Positions 9,875-20,900 of a DNA stretch of 64,000 nucleotides are shown here, piece by piece. The position numbers were made by a program, and so were the translations under genes. Numbering within the stretch: position 1 is the first letter of the stretch; each line of letters starts with the position of its first letter. The notes under the pieces are model-generated. The model saw only the letters and a program-made list of their open reading frames with translations, was not told the DNA's origin and did not search any database. Source of the stretch: a virus; IMG/VR virus record IMGVR_UViG_3300025806_000014, positions 19,617-83,616 of that record; one strand, 5' to 3'.

Positions 9875-10104
9875 TTTATATACTTCATTAACTTATTAGG
9901 TGTTACTTCAGTAGCTCCATATTTTTTTGCAATTTTATCAATAAACTTTTTTTCTTTAAGTTTCATTCCGTCTACTTCTTCAAATAGACCATCTCTTTTC
10001 TTTGCTAAACTCTCAATACTTTTTTGCATTAAGTCTAAGGAAAGTTGAATTTCCCTGTACCTACTTACATATCCATTAAGTTCTTTTATTTCTTTCTTTG
10101 TCAT
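9871..10104 (-). CDS. Small coiled-coil hypothetical protein
   Basis: 77-aa ORF overlapping the next gene start. Confidence 0.6.
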   Translation of the reverse strand: MTKKEIKELNGYVSRYREIQLSLDLMQKSIESLAKKRDGLFEEVDGMKLKEKKFIDKIAKKYGATEVTPNKLMKYIK

Positions 10105-10121
10105 TTTAAGTTAATTAATTA

Positions 10122-13100
10122 TTAATTTCCTCCTTTGTTATGTACCAATATTTCATTTGTATAATAGTTATGATTACCACTAACATTGGTTATATTGTAA
10201 ACAGTATATAAACCTTGCTCCTCTTTTGTAGATACTACTTTAGCCTTTTCTCCATTTAATTGATATACTTCAAAACCTTCTCTTAATTCAGCTGCATCTA
10301 TTAGACCTACATTTTCACCATCTATATGATAGAATGGGTGATGTTCAGTTACCTTAAGAGTAGATCCATTGTCAAAGTCTAATACAATTACCATACCTAC
10401 ATTTTCTATTACATCTAATCCACCTACGGTACCTACCTCAGTTGTTTGTTTTGATTCATTCCATGTTATTAACTCTTCACCTGAAATAATATCTTCAATA
10501 TTTTTTGTATCTCCATTCGCTAAAGCTATTTCAGTCCCGGCTACAAAACACCCTGGTGAATTATCATAACCACTAATTGTTATTCTATTATTGTTAGTAG
10601 AGCCAATAGAAGATGACAGTATAGACCAGCCATGTTGTACTAGTGTTGAGAATGCATTAGCATCAGCAAAATTTACCTCAGCACCCTGTTGTTGTACTTC
10701 TTTGCCATCCCAAAACATATCAATCATTTTATATCTACCGATCCCATCACCAGCATCAGTTGAATCTGTTGATACTGTTATTACTTGATAACCATCAATA
10801 ACCTGTGCAGAGCTACCACTACTGCTTGCTGCTGCCCACCAAGAGGTCCAGTTTCCTGTTGATGTAGGCGACTTAATTCTAAACATTGGTATCCTTAGAT
10901 CAACCGACCCATAATTGCTAACAGAAAGTGTACCTCCTTGTTTAGTAGCCGAGTTGTACGCTAATGCCTGTACGTATAGTTTAACTAATAACCTTTGCCC
11001 AGGGTATCCACCAATAGGAAAAGTAACTTTATAATCATAGCCCGGGTTCGATTGGCTAAATGCCGGCGACGGCTGAATAGATGGGTCAGCAGTAAAACCA
11101 TAACCCGGTCCAAAGTTAAGAGAAATATACGGAACTGTTAATTCTAGAGTTGTTGGCATTCCTAAAGAAGGATATTGACCACTAGGTGTTAGACTTTGTG
11201 GTGTTCCAATCTGTCGTGTATTCCACCCATAATTCATAGGAGCGGACTGAGTTGAGCCCGGTGAATAAATTACTGAAGGGGTGTTATTAATAGATGAGTT
11301 TCTACCAGTTGCTCTTTTTAATACCCACGGTGATGCAAATGCAATTTTATTTTTACTTGCAGTAAAGTATTCATTATTATTACCACTGTCTCTTACAGAA
11401 AATCCTAATGTATTATCCCACATAAAATTTATCGGAGCTACCGGACTCTGTGGTCCTTCGCTTCCCATTGCTATAGCTAATAAACCTGCATCTAAACCGG
11501 TAGCCGTTTGAGTTCCACCAGTCCATGCTTGTAACATTGCACCTGGGGCTAAATCAGTAACACCATTATTTCCAGTTAATTCAAATATATTAGTTGAACC
11601 GCTAGCATAACCAGTAGGATCTTTATATATAAGAGTCTGAAATGATTGTGGAGGGTATGATGCAATAAACCCTGCTATTGTTTGTGGTCCTACAAACCTT
11701 GTATGAGGTTGAGGAAGGTTCGTTGTAGGATTAACTCTTCCATAATCAATAACTATACTACAATTATTTAATGCAGTCTGAGTAGTTTTCTTTAAAATAA
11801 TTTGACTATTTCCTTGTATATAAATATCACCTCCTATTACAGTGTTAGGGGCCTGTGAAAGGTTTTCAATAACAATATCCCCAGTGTTTGAAGTACTAGA
11901 ATTAGATTGTTGAATATTAATATTTCCTGTACTGTTTGTATCTAATGAAATTCCACCACTTCCCGAGTTTAATGATATTGTACCTGCTGGATTTGAACCA
12001 GTTCTTGTATTTAATTTTAATTGACCACCTGAGTATAATTGTATATTTTGATTAGTTGAAGAAGTTAATTGAATTAAACCTGCTCTTATTTGTGCTACAC
12101 CTACTTGTGCTGTTTGTTGTAATACAACTGGAAAGCCTGCACCTAATTCCATAAGAGTTGAACCTGCAGTACCTGCTGTAGTTAAACTAAACTTATTTCC
12201 ACCTGGAGCGGAACCAACACCTACATTAATTGTAAAATCAGAATTCTCTCCGGAAAAATCCTGTGTAGTTCTTTGTCCTGTTTGAAATCCTATTGCTTTA
12301 CCTGCAGTAAAACTTTGAGACTTTGCAGGGGTATTAAGTTGAATTCCTATTAAATCATCTGAGGTAGTTGGTGTCGTAGCTACTTTAGGCACATCTAAAA
12401 TTAGACGGTCATCTTGTCCAATTTTAATATTGGATAAATTAGTCATTTCACTATTTACACCAGGCTGCCCTTGCCAATATTTTTCACCAGGAATTGCTCC
12501 TCCTCCTTGAAAAACAATAGCCTTACCACCAGAATCTTTTTGATGAATGAGTAAAGAAACATTATTACTCTGTGCACCAATTGCTATTTCATTAGGAATT
12601 ATATAAGCATTTGTTAAAGGAATACCAGTCAGAGCAGTAGTCGTCGTAACAGCACCACCAATCATAACAGTAGGAATTCCTTCATTAGTAGTGGTAGCAC
12701 CTTGCCCACTACCAATAGGACCATTATAAATTGCAGTTTCTTGGTTTATTGATATAGGTCCACCAAATAAATCTCCCATACCACCACCTGGTCCTTGTGG
12801 GCCCATTGGCCCTTCTAAATCAATAGTAGTCTGAGACCATGTTAATCCAGTATATTCCCAAACAACTCCATTAAATTGTAAATAATAATCACCTTCTAAT
12901 GGCGTACTAGTAGGTGGCACTGCAATTGGTGTGACCCCAGGTGCGGTTGTAGAAGTATCTTCATACCAGGTAGTTCCTTTAGGTCCTCTTCCACCAGCAG
13001 GCCCTACTGGTCCTATTGGCCCGGCTGGTCCTGCAGGCCCTCCACCATTAAGTAACAATTGGTCAAAATTAAAATTTGTTTTATCGACCAGTTGTGAAAT

Positions 13101-13139
13101 AGTATCTGATGCTATTATTTCTTGTATAGTGATTGGCAT
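10122..13139 (-). CDS. Tail fibre-like protein with short collagen repeats and C-terminal Hint domain
   Basis: GPAGPAGPIGPVG and GPMGPQGPG repeats; G/T/S/N-rich body; ends GCFVAGTEIAL...VTEHHPF...NHNYYTNEILVHNKGGN. Confidence 0.8.
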   Translation of the reverse strand: MPITIQEIIASDTISQLVDKTNFNFDQLLLNGGGPAGPAGPIGPVGPAGGRGPKGTTWYEDTSTTAPGVTPIAVPPTSTPLEGDYYLQFNGVVWEYTGLTWSQTTIDLEGPMGPQGPGGGMGDLFGGPISINQETAIYNGPIGSGQGATTTNEGIPTVMIGGAVTTTTALTGIPLTNAYIIPNEIAIGAQSNNVSLLIHQKDSGGKAIVFQGGGAIPGEKYWQGQPGVNSEMTNLSNIKIGQDDRLILDVPKVATTPTTSDDLIGIQLNTPAKSQSFTAGKAIGFQTGQRTTQDFSGENSDFTINVGVGSAPGGNKFSLTTAGTAGSTLMELGAGFPVVLQQTAQVGVAQIRAGLIQLTSSTNQNIQLYSGGQLKLNTRTGSNPAGTISLNSGSGGISLDTNSTGNINIQQSNSSTSNTGDIVIENLSQAPNTVIGGDIYIQGNSQIILKKTTQTALNNCSIVIDYGRVNPTTNLPQPHTRFVGPQTIAGFIASYPPQSFQTLIYKDPTGYASGSTNIFELTGNNGVTDLAPGAMLQAWTGGTQTATGLDAGLLAIAMGSEGPQSPVAPINFMWDNTLGFSVRDSGNNNEYFTASKNKIAFASPWVLKRATGRNSSINNTPSVIYSPGSTQSAPMNYGWNTRQIGTPQSLTPSGQYPSLGMPTTLELTVPYISLNFGPGYGFTADPSIQPSPAFSQSNPGYDYKVTFPIGGYPGQRLLVKLYVQALAYNSATKQGGTLSVSNYGSVDLRIPMFRIKSPTSTGNWTSWWAAASSSGSSAQVIDGYQVITVSTDSTDAGDGIGRYKMIDMFWDGKEVQQQGAEVNFADANAFSTLVQHGWSILSSSIGSTNNNRITISGYDNSPGCFVAGTEIALANGDTKNIEDIISGEELITWNESKQTTEVGTVGGLDVIENVGMVIVLDFDNGSTLKVTEHHPFYHIDGENVGLIDAAELREGFEVYQLNGEKAKVVSTKEEQGLYTVYNITNVSGNHNYYTNEILVHNKGGN
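10137..10550 (-). other. Hint (intein-like, BIL-type) autoprocessing domain
   Basis: Block A CFVAGT, block B TEHHPF, blocks F/G VYNI..V.GNHNYY.N.ILVHN; 138 aa; no endonuclease; residue after HN is Lys. Confidence 0.85.
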
Positions 13140-13149
13140 TTCTTTTTTA

Positions 13150-16100
13150 TTATTTTTTAACTATCGTGACACTGAACCCATATGATTCAGAGAAACCTGT
13201 TCTTTTATTATATATTAGCCTTAAATCAAATGGATTTGTATTTAAGGTTTTAGATGCTACATTATTATTAATAGTTAACCCTTTACTAATCTTTTCCTCA
13301 TTAGTTAATTCGGCTGTAGTATATGTAGATCCACCTTTAGTTCTACTTGCTAATGTATAAAAATCAACCTTTTCTATTTTATATAACTTTAAAATATTTT
13401 CTTTTATGTATTGATTTACATCATCATCTAATGTTTCTAAATCACCATAACCAAATTCATCTTTTATATAAAGTAAAAACTGCTCTTTTATTGGAGTAAA
13501 CAAATATTCCATTAATCTTTTTTGATTAAACAAATAAAATGTTTCTACTGGTGCAGATTGTTTTTTCTTAATAGCTCTAGTATTTAAAACGCCTTCTGAC
13601 TTAATAGACCTTTTACTGATTGACACTGCAGGTTGATCCTGGTACATAAATGTTCCACTTATTAAACTCGGTTGTCTAATAGCGGCTTTTATAAAAGGGT
13701 CAGGTTTAAATGTTTCTAATACAATCGTTTCTGGAACTTTAAGATATTTGGATCCAAAAAATGATTTTCTTTCAAACATTGATCTTGTACCTATAACTTT
13801 TTCTATTGCTGATTTATCAATACTCTTTATAAAATAAGAAGGTTCCCAGTTAGAAGAAAACATATAAAAATCTCTATAATCAATTCCTATTTCATTAATA
13901 AGAGGATATAAACTATTAAACGCGCTTTCTCTAGATAATTCTAAAACAGTAGATGGATCTTGTTCATTTACTTTATGATAAAAGAAATTTTGAATTTGTC
14001 CAAATTCTGGATCGGAACTATTAAACTGTGCATTCTTATATTTACATAACTCCATTACTTTTATTTTATATGCTGCATCTGGAATAAGTACACTACCTGT
14101 CCCACCTGTAACTTCTTCAAAATCTAAATTTTGATAAGGGTCTCTAAATGATAATAAAGGTAATGCGTAAGGTTCATAATAACCAGCATGCCTAGCTATA
14201 GGAGTTATTCTTGGTGTCTTTTGCAAAGATAAATCATATCCTATTACATCAGCCAAGTTAAAGGCTGTTGGTTTTGCAGGATCTGGTAATACACCAACAT
14301 AAATAGATTTTAAAATATCAGACTGTGCGCGTAATTCAATACCAAAGGTTTGCGCTAAACTTCCGTCTTTATTTTTAATTTGGCTACCATCGGCTGCAAT
14401 TGTTTCATATATAATGCTAGGATTACCTTGATTAACAGAATCAAAAATATTACCGAAAGCAGCAGCAGTTAACCTATTATCAAATTGTTGATAACCACCT
14501 TGGCTAATGTCATATTGAGCCGATCTTAACGCGTTGTTTGGTGGAGATCCAATAGGAAGGCTAACGTTAGTTGTAACACCACCTTCAGTTTTAGTAACGG
14601 TAGTAGCCGTAAGTGTGCTATTATCAATTACACCTTGGATTCCTTTAATTTCAAAACTTTGCTGCGCCGGTGTACCGATTCCAATCCTCCATTTAATACT
14701 TCCGTATGAACCATCTTCTAATATTCTAACATCATTAACTAATTCAGGTAATGTACCGTCAAGGGCTGGCTGAAACCTAATTGTAAAGATACCATTTGAA
14801 TCTTGTGTAGAAGTAGCAAATGAAACTGCCCCTCTTAGACTTGTTTTCTCATAATCATATTTACCATTACTTAATATTCTAGGGGAACAATCACTAAGAG
14901 TTACATATGAACTATTTAAAGAATATAAAGTTGTTCTATCTATAATAGAAGTACTATTAATATCTGGTTGCAAACATTTATCTATGTAAGCCATAGAAAT
15001 TAACATAACAACAGTTTTCCATTTTTCATTTTTTATAAATTTAACTTGAAATTCTGGTATGTTAGGATCTGGTGTTCTACCATCTGAGTTTAAATTAGGA
15101 ACTAACATTACCGAAAATCTATAATCATTAAATTCACCATCTCTGACATAAGATAATGATCTTGCATTAAAATCAGCTTTCTCTGTACCTATTGCTTTAT
15201 TTTTTGCTATAATTCTAACCCCTCTTAAAAATGTTTCTGAAAAATTCTTTTCATCACCACCATTTAATCTACCATACCTTAACTGCCTATCTATTTCAGT
15301 AATGCCTCTGGTTGTAAACTTTTGAACTACAAAGTAATCATTAAAATAATCTTTAATAACATTTTGAAATGTTCCTGGGACAAATGCTTGCCCTGTTGCG
15401 AAATTAGCTTGTGTGTTATCTCTAGGCGCCTTATCTATATAACTCCAGGATTTTTCAATAGCATCTTTTGTAAAATAATTTGGAAATTCTGATAAGTAAT
15501 ACCATTCATGAGTATAACCACTAGCTTCTTGGATCTTATCCCATTTAGATGGTGCAAAATTATTTAAGCCAAATGCCTCGTTTGCATTTAGTCTATATGG
15601 ATGGTTTCTAACATCTTTACCATTATTAACCCATGCCCATTTATTAATATATGGAGCAATTCTTGAAATAGCAGCTTGAGAAGTTAAAAAGTTTTCCTCT
15701 AATCTAACATATTCACTTTTAATATATTGTTCATCAGGGTTTTGTTTTTCGGCATCACCTACTAAACCGATAAGGTTATAAAAACCACCATTATCATAAA
15801 AGCTTCTAATTTCAGGATTACTACTTACACCTTCATATTTAAGTGGCACTGCTCCTGCGACTGTTTGATTATATTCATTATATTCAAAATCTAATTCGCC
15901 TTCTTGGCTATATAAAGTACTATAAAAATCAAAATCAAAATCTTTAACTTCAAAAAATGAAAATCTACCAAACGAAGGTTTGTAATCTGAGTATAAGGCC
16001 ACTTGCCCAGATCGCGTTACCATTATTTGATTATCATTACATGTAATAATTGCGTACTTATCAATATCAGTATATCCAATAATTTCTCGTAAGCCATTAT

Positions 16101-17904
16101 AAATAGGTTCATCAGTATAAGGAACCCAGTCACCTATAACCGCATAATTACCAGTAGTTTGTACATAATCACCTTTGGTAAATCTATCTTGGTCACCTAA
16201 TGTAACTTTTAATAAACTATTTTTTACATCATTTCCACCAACAAAGTGTCCATCCAATTTTACTTCAGATGTTAAAGGATATGTTTCTGTTTGATCAAAA
16301 AATTCAGGATATTGATTATCTAATTTAAAATTTAATCTATTAAACCTAGATCCACTAAACCTTGATTTAACATAAACTGTACTATCATTACAGGTAGCAA
16401 CAAAAAATCTATCATTTTCACTAATACCTTTATTAATTGCAGATGCTATAGATTGAGCTACTTCTTGTATGGTTCCGTTTGGATTAAAGAATCGTTCAAA
16501 GGATTTGCCAGGCGTTGGTGCTAATGTACTATTGGCAAAAATTTGACCAGTAAATTCGCTACCATCATAAAAAGCAATAGAGCTACCATCTTGTACATTG
16601 TCTAATATCTTAATATACATTTGCGCTACACCTGCACGACTAATAATACTTGCATTAGCAAAAGTATCAGGCTCCTTATATCCAGTAAATAAAGATATGT
16701 CTACTTCAGTATCAAATAATCTTATCTGATCTTTATCCCAAGTTGATCCTTTTTTAATAGTATGAAAATCATCTTCTTTATCTTTAACATAAAATATAGA
16801 CTCTACTTCATTAACTCTCTCCGGTGTTGGTAAGCCTGTTATAACTTCAGTTTTATCAGGATCTAAATAAAGTAATATACCATTTTCATTTGTTAACTTA
16901 AATGGAGTATTTAAAAATTGGGAAACTTCTGTTATAGAAGTTATAGTAGGCTGTTGTGATTTCTCAATATTTGTTCCTTTGTAAAAAGCCTCACCGGATA
17001 TATCAAACTTACCTTCTTCAATATCATTAACATACATACCAAAATATCTATTAATAGAATAATCTTTAGCAGTAGGATCGTCAAACAAAAATTCCATGTT
17101 TAAAAGATTTGCTAAAAGTATGCCATTATTCTGAAATCCTTGTGTAAATAAGTATTCATCTTGTATAATAGTTGAATCTTTTGTAACCATATCTTCATAT
17201 GCAAAATTACCTGAACTTGTAAAACCTCCATTACTATATGATATTCCATTCCACAACATAGGCTCATCCCTTCTCCAAGTCATATTTAATGGAACTTCTG
17301 GAAAGTTTTCTTGATTTCTATAATTTCTAATATAAGACCCTAATGCAGTACCTTGTGTTAAATCAAAAGTTTTAATTGCTGTGCAATTCTCCAAAACATT
17401 TTTATTAAAATTAACTGAGGTTTGCGCATTCGCCGTATCGGCATTTTCTGTTGCGGCTCTAAAGTTGTTGACAGCTGCTGGATTATCTAATCTAAAAATT
17501 ACAAAATAATTTGGTATTTGTTCATTTAACCAAAGTGGTGCAAAAGTACCTAGGCTTTGGGAATAGCTTTCTGATGCTACAGATCTGGTACCAGCACAAT
17601 AAAACATTTCATATTGATTACGATAATTGGAAAGTACAGCATCATCCTCATATTCTTGGAATATCTCATATGCGGCTTCTTTAGGAAACTTGCCATTATC
17701 AAAAAATTTAAAAACATCCTGGTCATAAGTACTAGTACCGTCGACTTTAAATGCTTTAAATTTCTGAGATGATAGTCGAGTATTAGCACTAAATGATTCT
17801 AGATAGATGTCTATACCATCAGACACAATCTTAACATTACCCGTTAACTTAGGGTTTGTTCTAATTAAACTATAGGATGCTTTATCGAGCAGGTTTTCAG
17901 CCAT
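13150..17904 (-). CDS. Large virion/baseplate-associated protein
   Basis: 1584-aa ORF in the structural block; AATATATAA motif upstream (~17921-17929). Confidence 0.65.
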   Translation of the reverse strand: MAENLLDKASYSLIRTNPKLTGNVKIVSDGIDIYLESFSANTRLSSQKFKAFKVDGTSTYDQDVFKFFDNGKFPKEAAYEIFQEYEDDAVLSNYRNQYEMFYCAGTRSVASESYSQSLGTFAPLWLNEQIPNYFVIFRLDNPAAVNNFRAATENADTANAQTSVNFNKNVLENCTAIKTFDLTQGTALGSYIRNYRNQENFPEVPLNMTWRRDEPMLWNGISYSNGGFTSSGNFAYEDMVTKDSTIIQDEYLFTQGFQNNGILLANLLNMEFLFDDPTAKDYSINRYFGMYVNDIEEGKFDISGEAFYKGTNIEKSQQPTITSITEVSQFLNTPFKLTNENGILLYLDPDKTEVITGLPTPERVNEVESIFYVKDKEDDFHTIKKGSTWDKDQIRLFDTEVDISLFTGYKEPDTFANASIISRAGVAQMYIKILDNVQDGSSIAFYDGSEFTGQIFANSTLAPTPGKSFERFFNPNGTIQEVAQSIASAINKGISENDRFFVATCNDSTVYVKSRFSGSRFNRLNFKLDNQYPEFFDQTETYPLTSEVKLDGHFVGGNDVKNSLLKVTLGDQDRFTKGDYVQTTGNYAVIGDWVPYTDEPIYNGLREIIGYTDIDKYAIITCNDNQIMVTRSGQVALYSDYKPSFGRFSFFEVKDFDFDFYSTLYSQEGELDFEYNEYNQTVAGAVPLKYEGVSSNPEIRSFYDNGGFYNLIGLVGDAEKQNPDEQYIKSEYVRLEENFLTSQAAISRIAPYINKWAWVNNGKDVRNHPYRLNANEAFGLNNFAPSKWDKIQEASGYTHEWYYLSEFPNYFTKDAIEKSWSYIDKAPRDNTQANFATGQAFVPGTFQNVIKDYFNDYFVVQKFTTRGITEIDRQLRYGRLNGGDEKNFSETFLRGVRIIAKNKAIGTEKADFNARSLSYVRDGEFNDYRFSVMLVPNLNSDGRTPDPNIPEFQVKFIKNEKWKTVVMLISMAYIDKCLQPDINSTSIIDRTTLYSLNSSYVTLSDCSPRILSNGKYDYEKTSLRGAVSFATSTQDSNGIFTIRFQPALDGTLPELVNDVRILEDGSYGSIKWRIGIGTPAQQSFEIKGIQGVIDNSTLTATTVTKTEGGVTTNVSLPIGSPPNNALRSAQYDISQGGYQQFDNRLTAAAFGNIFDSVNQGNPSIIYETIAADGSQIKNKDGSLAQTFGIELRAQSDILKSIYVGVLPDPAKPTAFNLADVIGYDLSLQKTPRITPIARHAGYYEPYALPLLSFRDPYQNLDFEEVTGGTGSVLIPDAAYKIKVMELCKYKNAQFNSSDPEFGQIQNFFYHKVNEQDPSTVLELSRESAFNSLYPLINEIGIDYRDFYMFSSNWEPSYFIKSIDKSAIEKVIGTRSMFERKSFFGSKYLKVPETIVLETFKPDPFIKAAIRQPSLISGTFMYQDQPAVSISKRSIKSEGVLNTRAIKKKQSAPVETFYLFNQKRLMEYLFTPIKEQFLLYIKDEFGYGDLETLDDDVNQYIKENILKLYKIEKVDFYTLASRTKGGSTYTTAELTNEEKISKGLTINNNVASKTLNTNPFDLRLIYNKRTGFSESYGFSVTIVKK

Positions 17905-17955
17905 GTATCTTTCACTTTTTTTATATATTCACCAAAAGATATAGCAATGGTTAAA

Positions 17956-20900
17956 TTACAGGTCTGCTTCCCCAATGAAAGTATTAGCTCCACTTCTTCC
18001 TCCTCCGCCGCCACCTGACCTAGTACTTACGGCAGTTTGTGTTAATGAAGGTCTTAATGCTGATACAACTTTTTCTAAATCACTTAAGCCTTTAGTTACT
18101 GTTGCTTTAGGGAATACATCTATACTTAATCTATCAGATCTATAATTAGCAGAAACTTCAATATCAAATTGAACTACATCTGAATTATTTGGATATAAAT
18201 CAAACCCAATTCTTTTAGTATATGTTAAGTTAACAGTAGAACCTGTTTCATCACCACCAATATTACCTAAACCTGTACCTGATGTAGTTCCAAAATAATC
18301 AGTCATTCTATATTGGAATACCAAAGGAACACTAACAGCATTCTGTTGGCCAAACTGTATTACTTCTCTAGATTGTATAGAATCTCCATCTACTTGAATA
18401 TTCAAATGATTATCAGAAGATATAAACAGATAAGATCCACAAGACTGCCTTCCTAAAGTATATTGGTCAAAACCTTCAAATGAATTTTTAGCATTTCTAG
18501 AATAACCACCAGTAATATAACCAGCAGCAGTAGTATCCCACAGATTTACTAAAGCAGCCGACGATAATGATGGGCTAGGCTGAAGTACTTGTCCAGTATC
18601 AAAAGTAAGCCCTGCGTATGGCGCGCCTGTTGCGGTTGACAAATTATACAAGTCGGTAACATTTTCATTTAAATAAATTCCTTGTTGTTTTCCGTAAGGA
18701 GAATCAGAAGTTAACGGTGAAAACTTAGACTGTCTAAATAATACAGCAGCTGTACCATTACCGGCAACAGTACAATCTATTCCTCCACCTGGAATAATTA
18801 CTGGCAATGTATTAATATCACCAGTTAAAGATTCATAAGCAGCTTTATATGCAGTGTAATTAGTTAAAAACGGGTGTGCAATTGAAACTGATACTAAATT
18901 ATCAGCAGGTGTTTGCGAACCTGGATAAGAAGCTGTTGTAGTAGGAAGCCCAGTATCTAAAAATCCACCACCCCAAATAAATTGTGTTGTCGGATCAGAA
19001 ACTGTAGTTGCAGCTGGTGCATTATAAAAATTTTCTAATGTATCTAAATTAAAAGTATAACCATTTGTTGGTAAATCTGCATTAAGATAACTATAAAAAT
19101 TACCTTCGGCAGATACATCAGCAAATCTACTATAAATAAACTGATTCTTATTTTGTGTAGACTGAAATGGTGGTTGAGAAACCATTTGCCCATACTTTGT
19201 GCTGGCAGTAACATCAGGATTTGTTAAAAGAATTGGTGATAGATCATATTTTCTAATCGTATTATAATCAGCATCATCACCCCTGTATGTAGCCCTATCA
19301 TTTGACTGATTATCTTTACTATTATCTAGCCATGAATATGTTGCTGGTAAAATAACCGAACCATTTATTATACTTCCAGTGTTAGTTGGCGAATATAAGC
19401 CAGGGTTTTCAGATTGTTTTACCATCCTACTTCTATTACCAGTAATTCTAGCTATTAACTGTAAAGCAGTTTGTGATCTATTTGCAATGTTAATAAAATA
19501 AGTCTTTGAAACAATAGCACCTCTAGGATCATCCAATCCATCAACTTCTTGTGAATAGAATCCAGCAAATACTTTTGTAGTTGCATTTCTTCTTAAATTA
19601 AATGTATTACCAGTATCATCAACTAAAGTAGTTACTAGTTCACCTTGTGCACTGCTTAGTATTTCTGAAAACAGATCCAATTGATTTTGCATATCTTGTA
19701 ATTTTGTAAACAAATCAATTGGTGTTTGATTCTCGGATAGAAAACCAGAAGCAATTACTGGAGATGAATGAGCAAAATATGTTTCATTAGCAGTAAAAGA
19801 ACTGCTTAAGTGAGTAGGTAACCCAATAGATTCTAAATTTTCATTTAATGAAACTAGCGCTAAGTCTTCTTGGTTTTGAGTCAATATAGATTCAAGAGCA
19901 CTATCAGAACTTAAATCAGCTGGAAATTCTACTCTTATAGCTGTACTCCATTCACTTTCTAATGGATTAGCTGGCCACCCTGCTTCAGAAATAGATTTAA
20001 CTTGTATTTCTACTTGTTCACCTTTTCTAATTGGAATGTCTAATTGATTAATATTTACTGCATCTGCATTATCATCATTAATAGCAACCCATTCATATAA
20101 ACCAGTTATAGTATTTTTAACCCTAGGTCTTAATACACTATCCACTATTACATAATTAGAAAATGCACCTTGGCTAGTACCAGACCCGTCAGTATAAGTA
20201 AATTGATCTACTGCATTAGCAGCACCGTCCGACGAAAGATACCTGTAACGATATTTAAATTTTATTATATCCTGTACACCTGTTTCAGGAGCTGATTTTT
20301 CTTGTGGCATTGCCCAGAATCCTCTTACTCTATATTTAGGAGTTATACTACTTACAGAATTATCAGATGCAAAAGAATCAATTTCGGTAACTACAGATGA
20401 ATATAATTTAGCCTGTGATGCTCTTTCAGTAATTAAACCTTGTAACGCATTTTTATCTGAATCCCTTTCAACTTCAGTAGTATAATTAGTTGTTTGTATT
20501 TTTGCTCTACTTTGAGAAATAGCAACATCTAATTCACTAAGTGTTGCTTGTATTGTACTCTTTTGATTATTTAAGTCTTTAAGCTGAACAATAGAATCTG
20601 AATTACTAACCTGGCCATTTATTAAAGCCACACTAAAATCCTCAGAAGTTAAAACTGGAGCATTAGGTGTTAAACCTTCCCTACTTGTTGGCATCTTGTC
20701 TTGTGCAAACGATAAAAGATATCTACCAAAATCAACAGCATTCTGTTGATAATAATCTGCTAAAGTCTGCTGAGTACCAGCAGCATTAATAGTTGTTAAA
20801 TTATTTGTATAAAATCCACTACCCGGTGACCAATTAACAGCAGGTATTTTTGAATCTGGATCAATAGGTTTAATAAAGGTTACACATCTTTCATTAAATC

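Noticed and set aside
10137-10550. Mobile intein with homing endonuclease
   Set aside because: Only 138 aa, no LAGLIDADG/HNH motifs, +1 residue is Lys, and the location is the extreme C-terminus.
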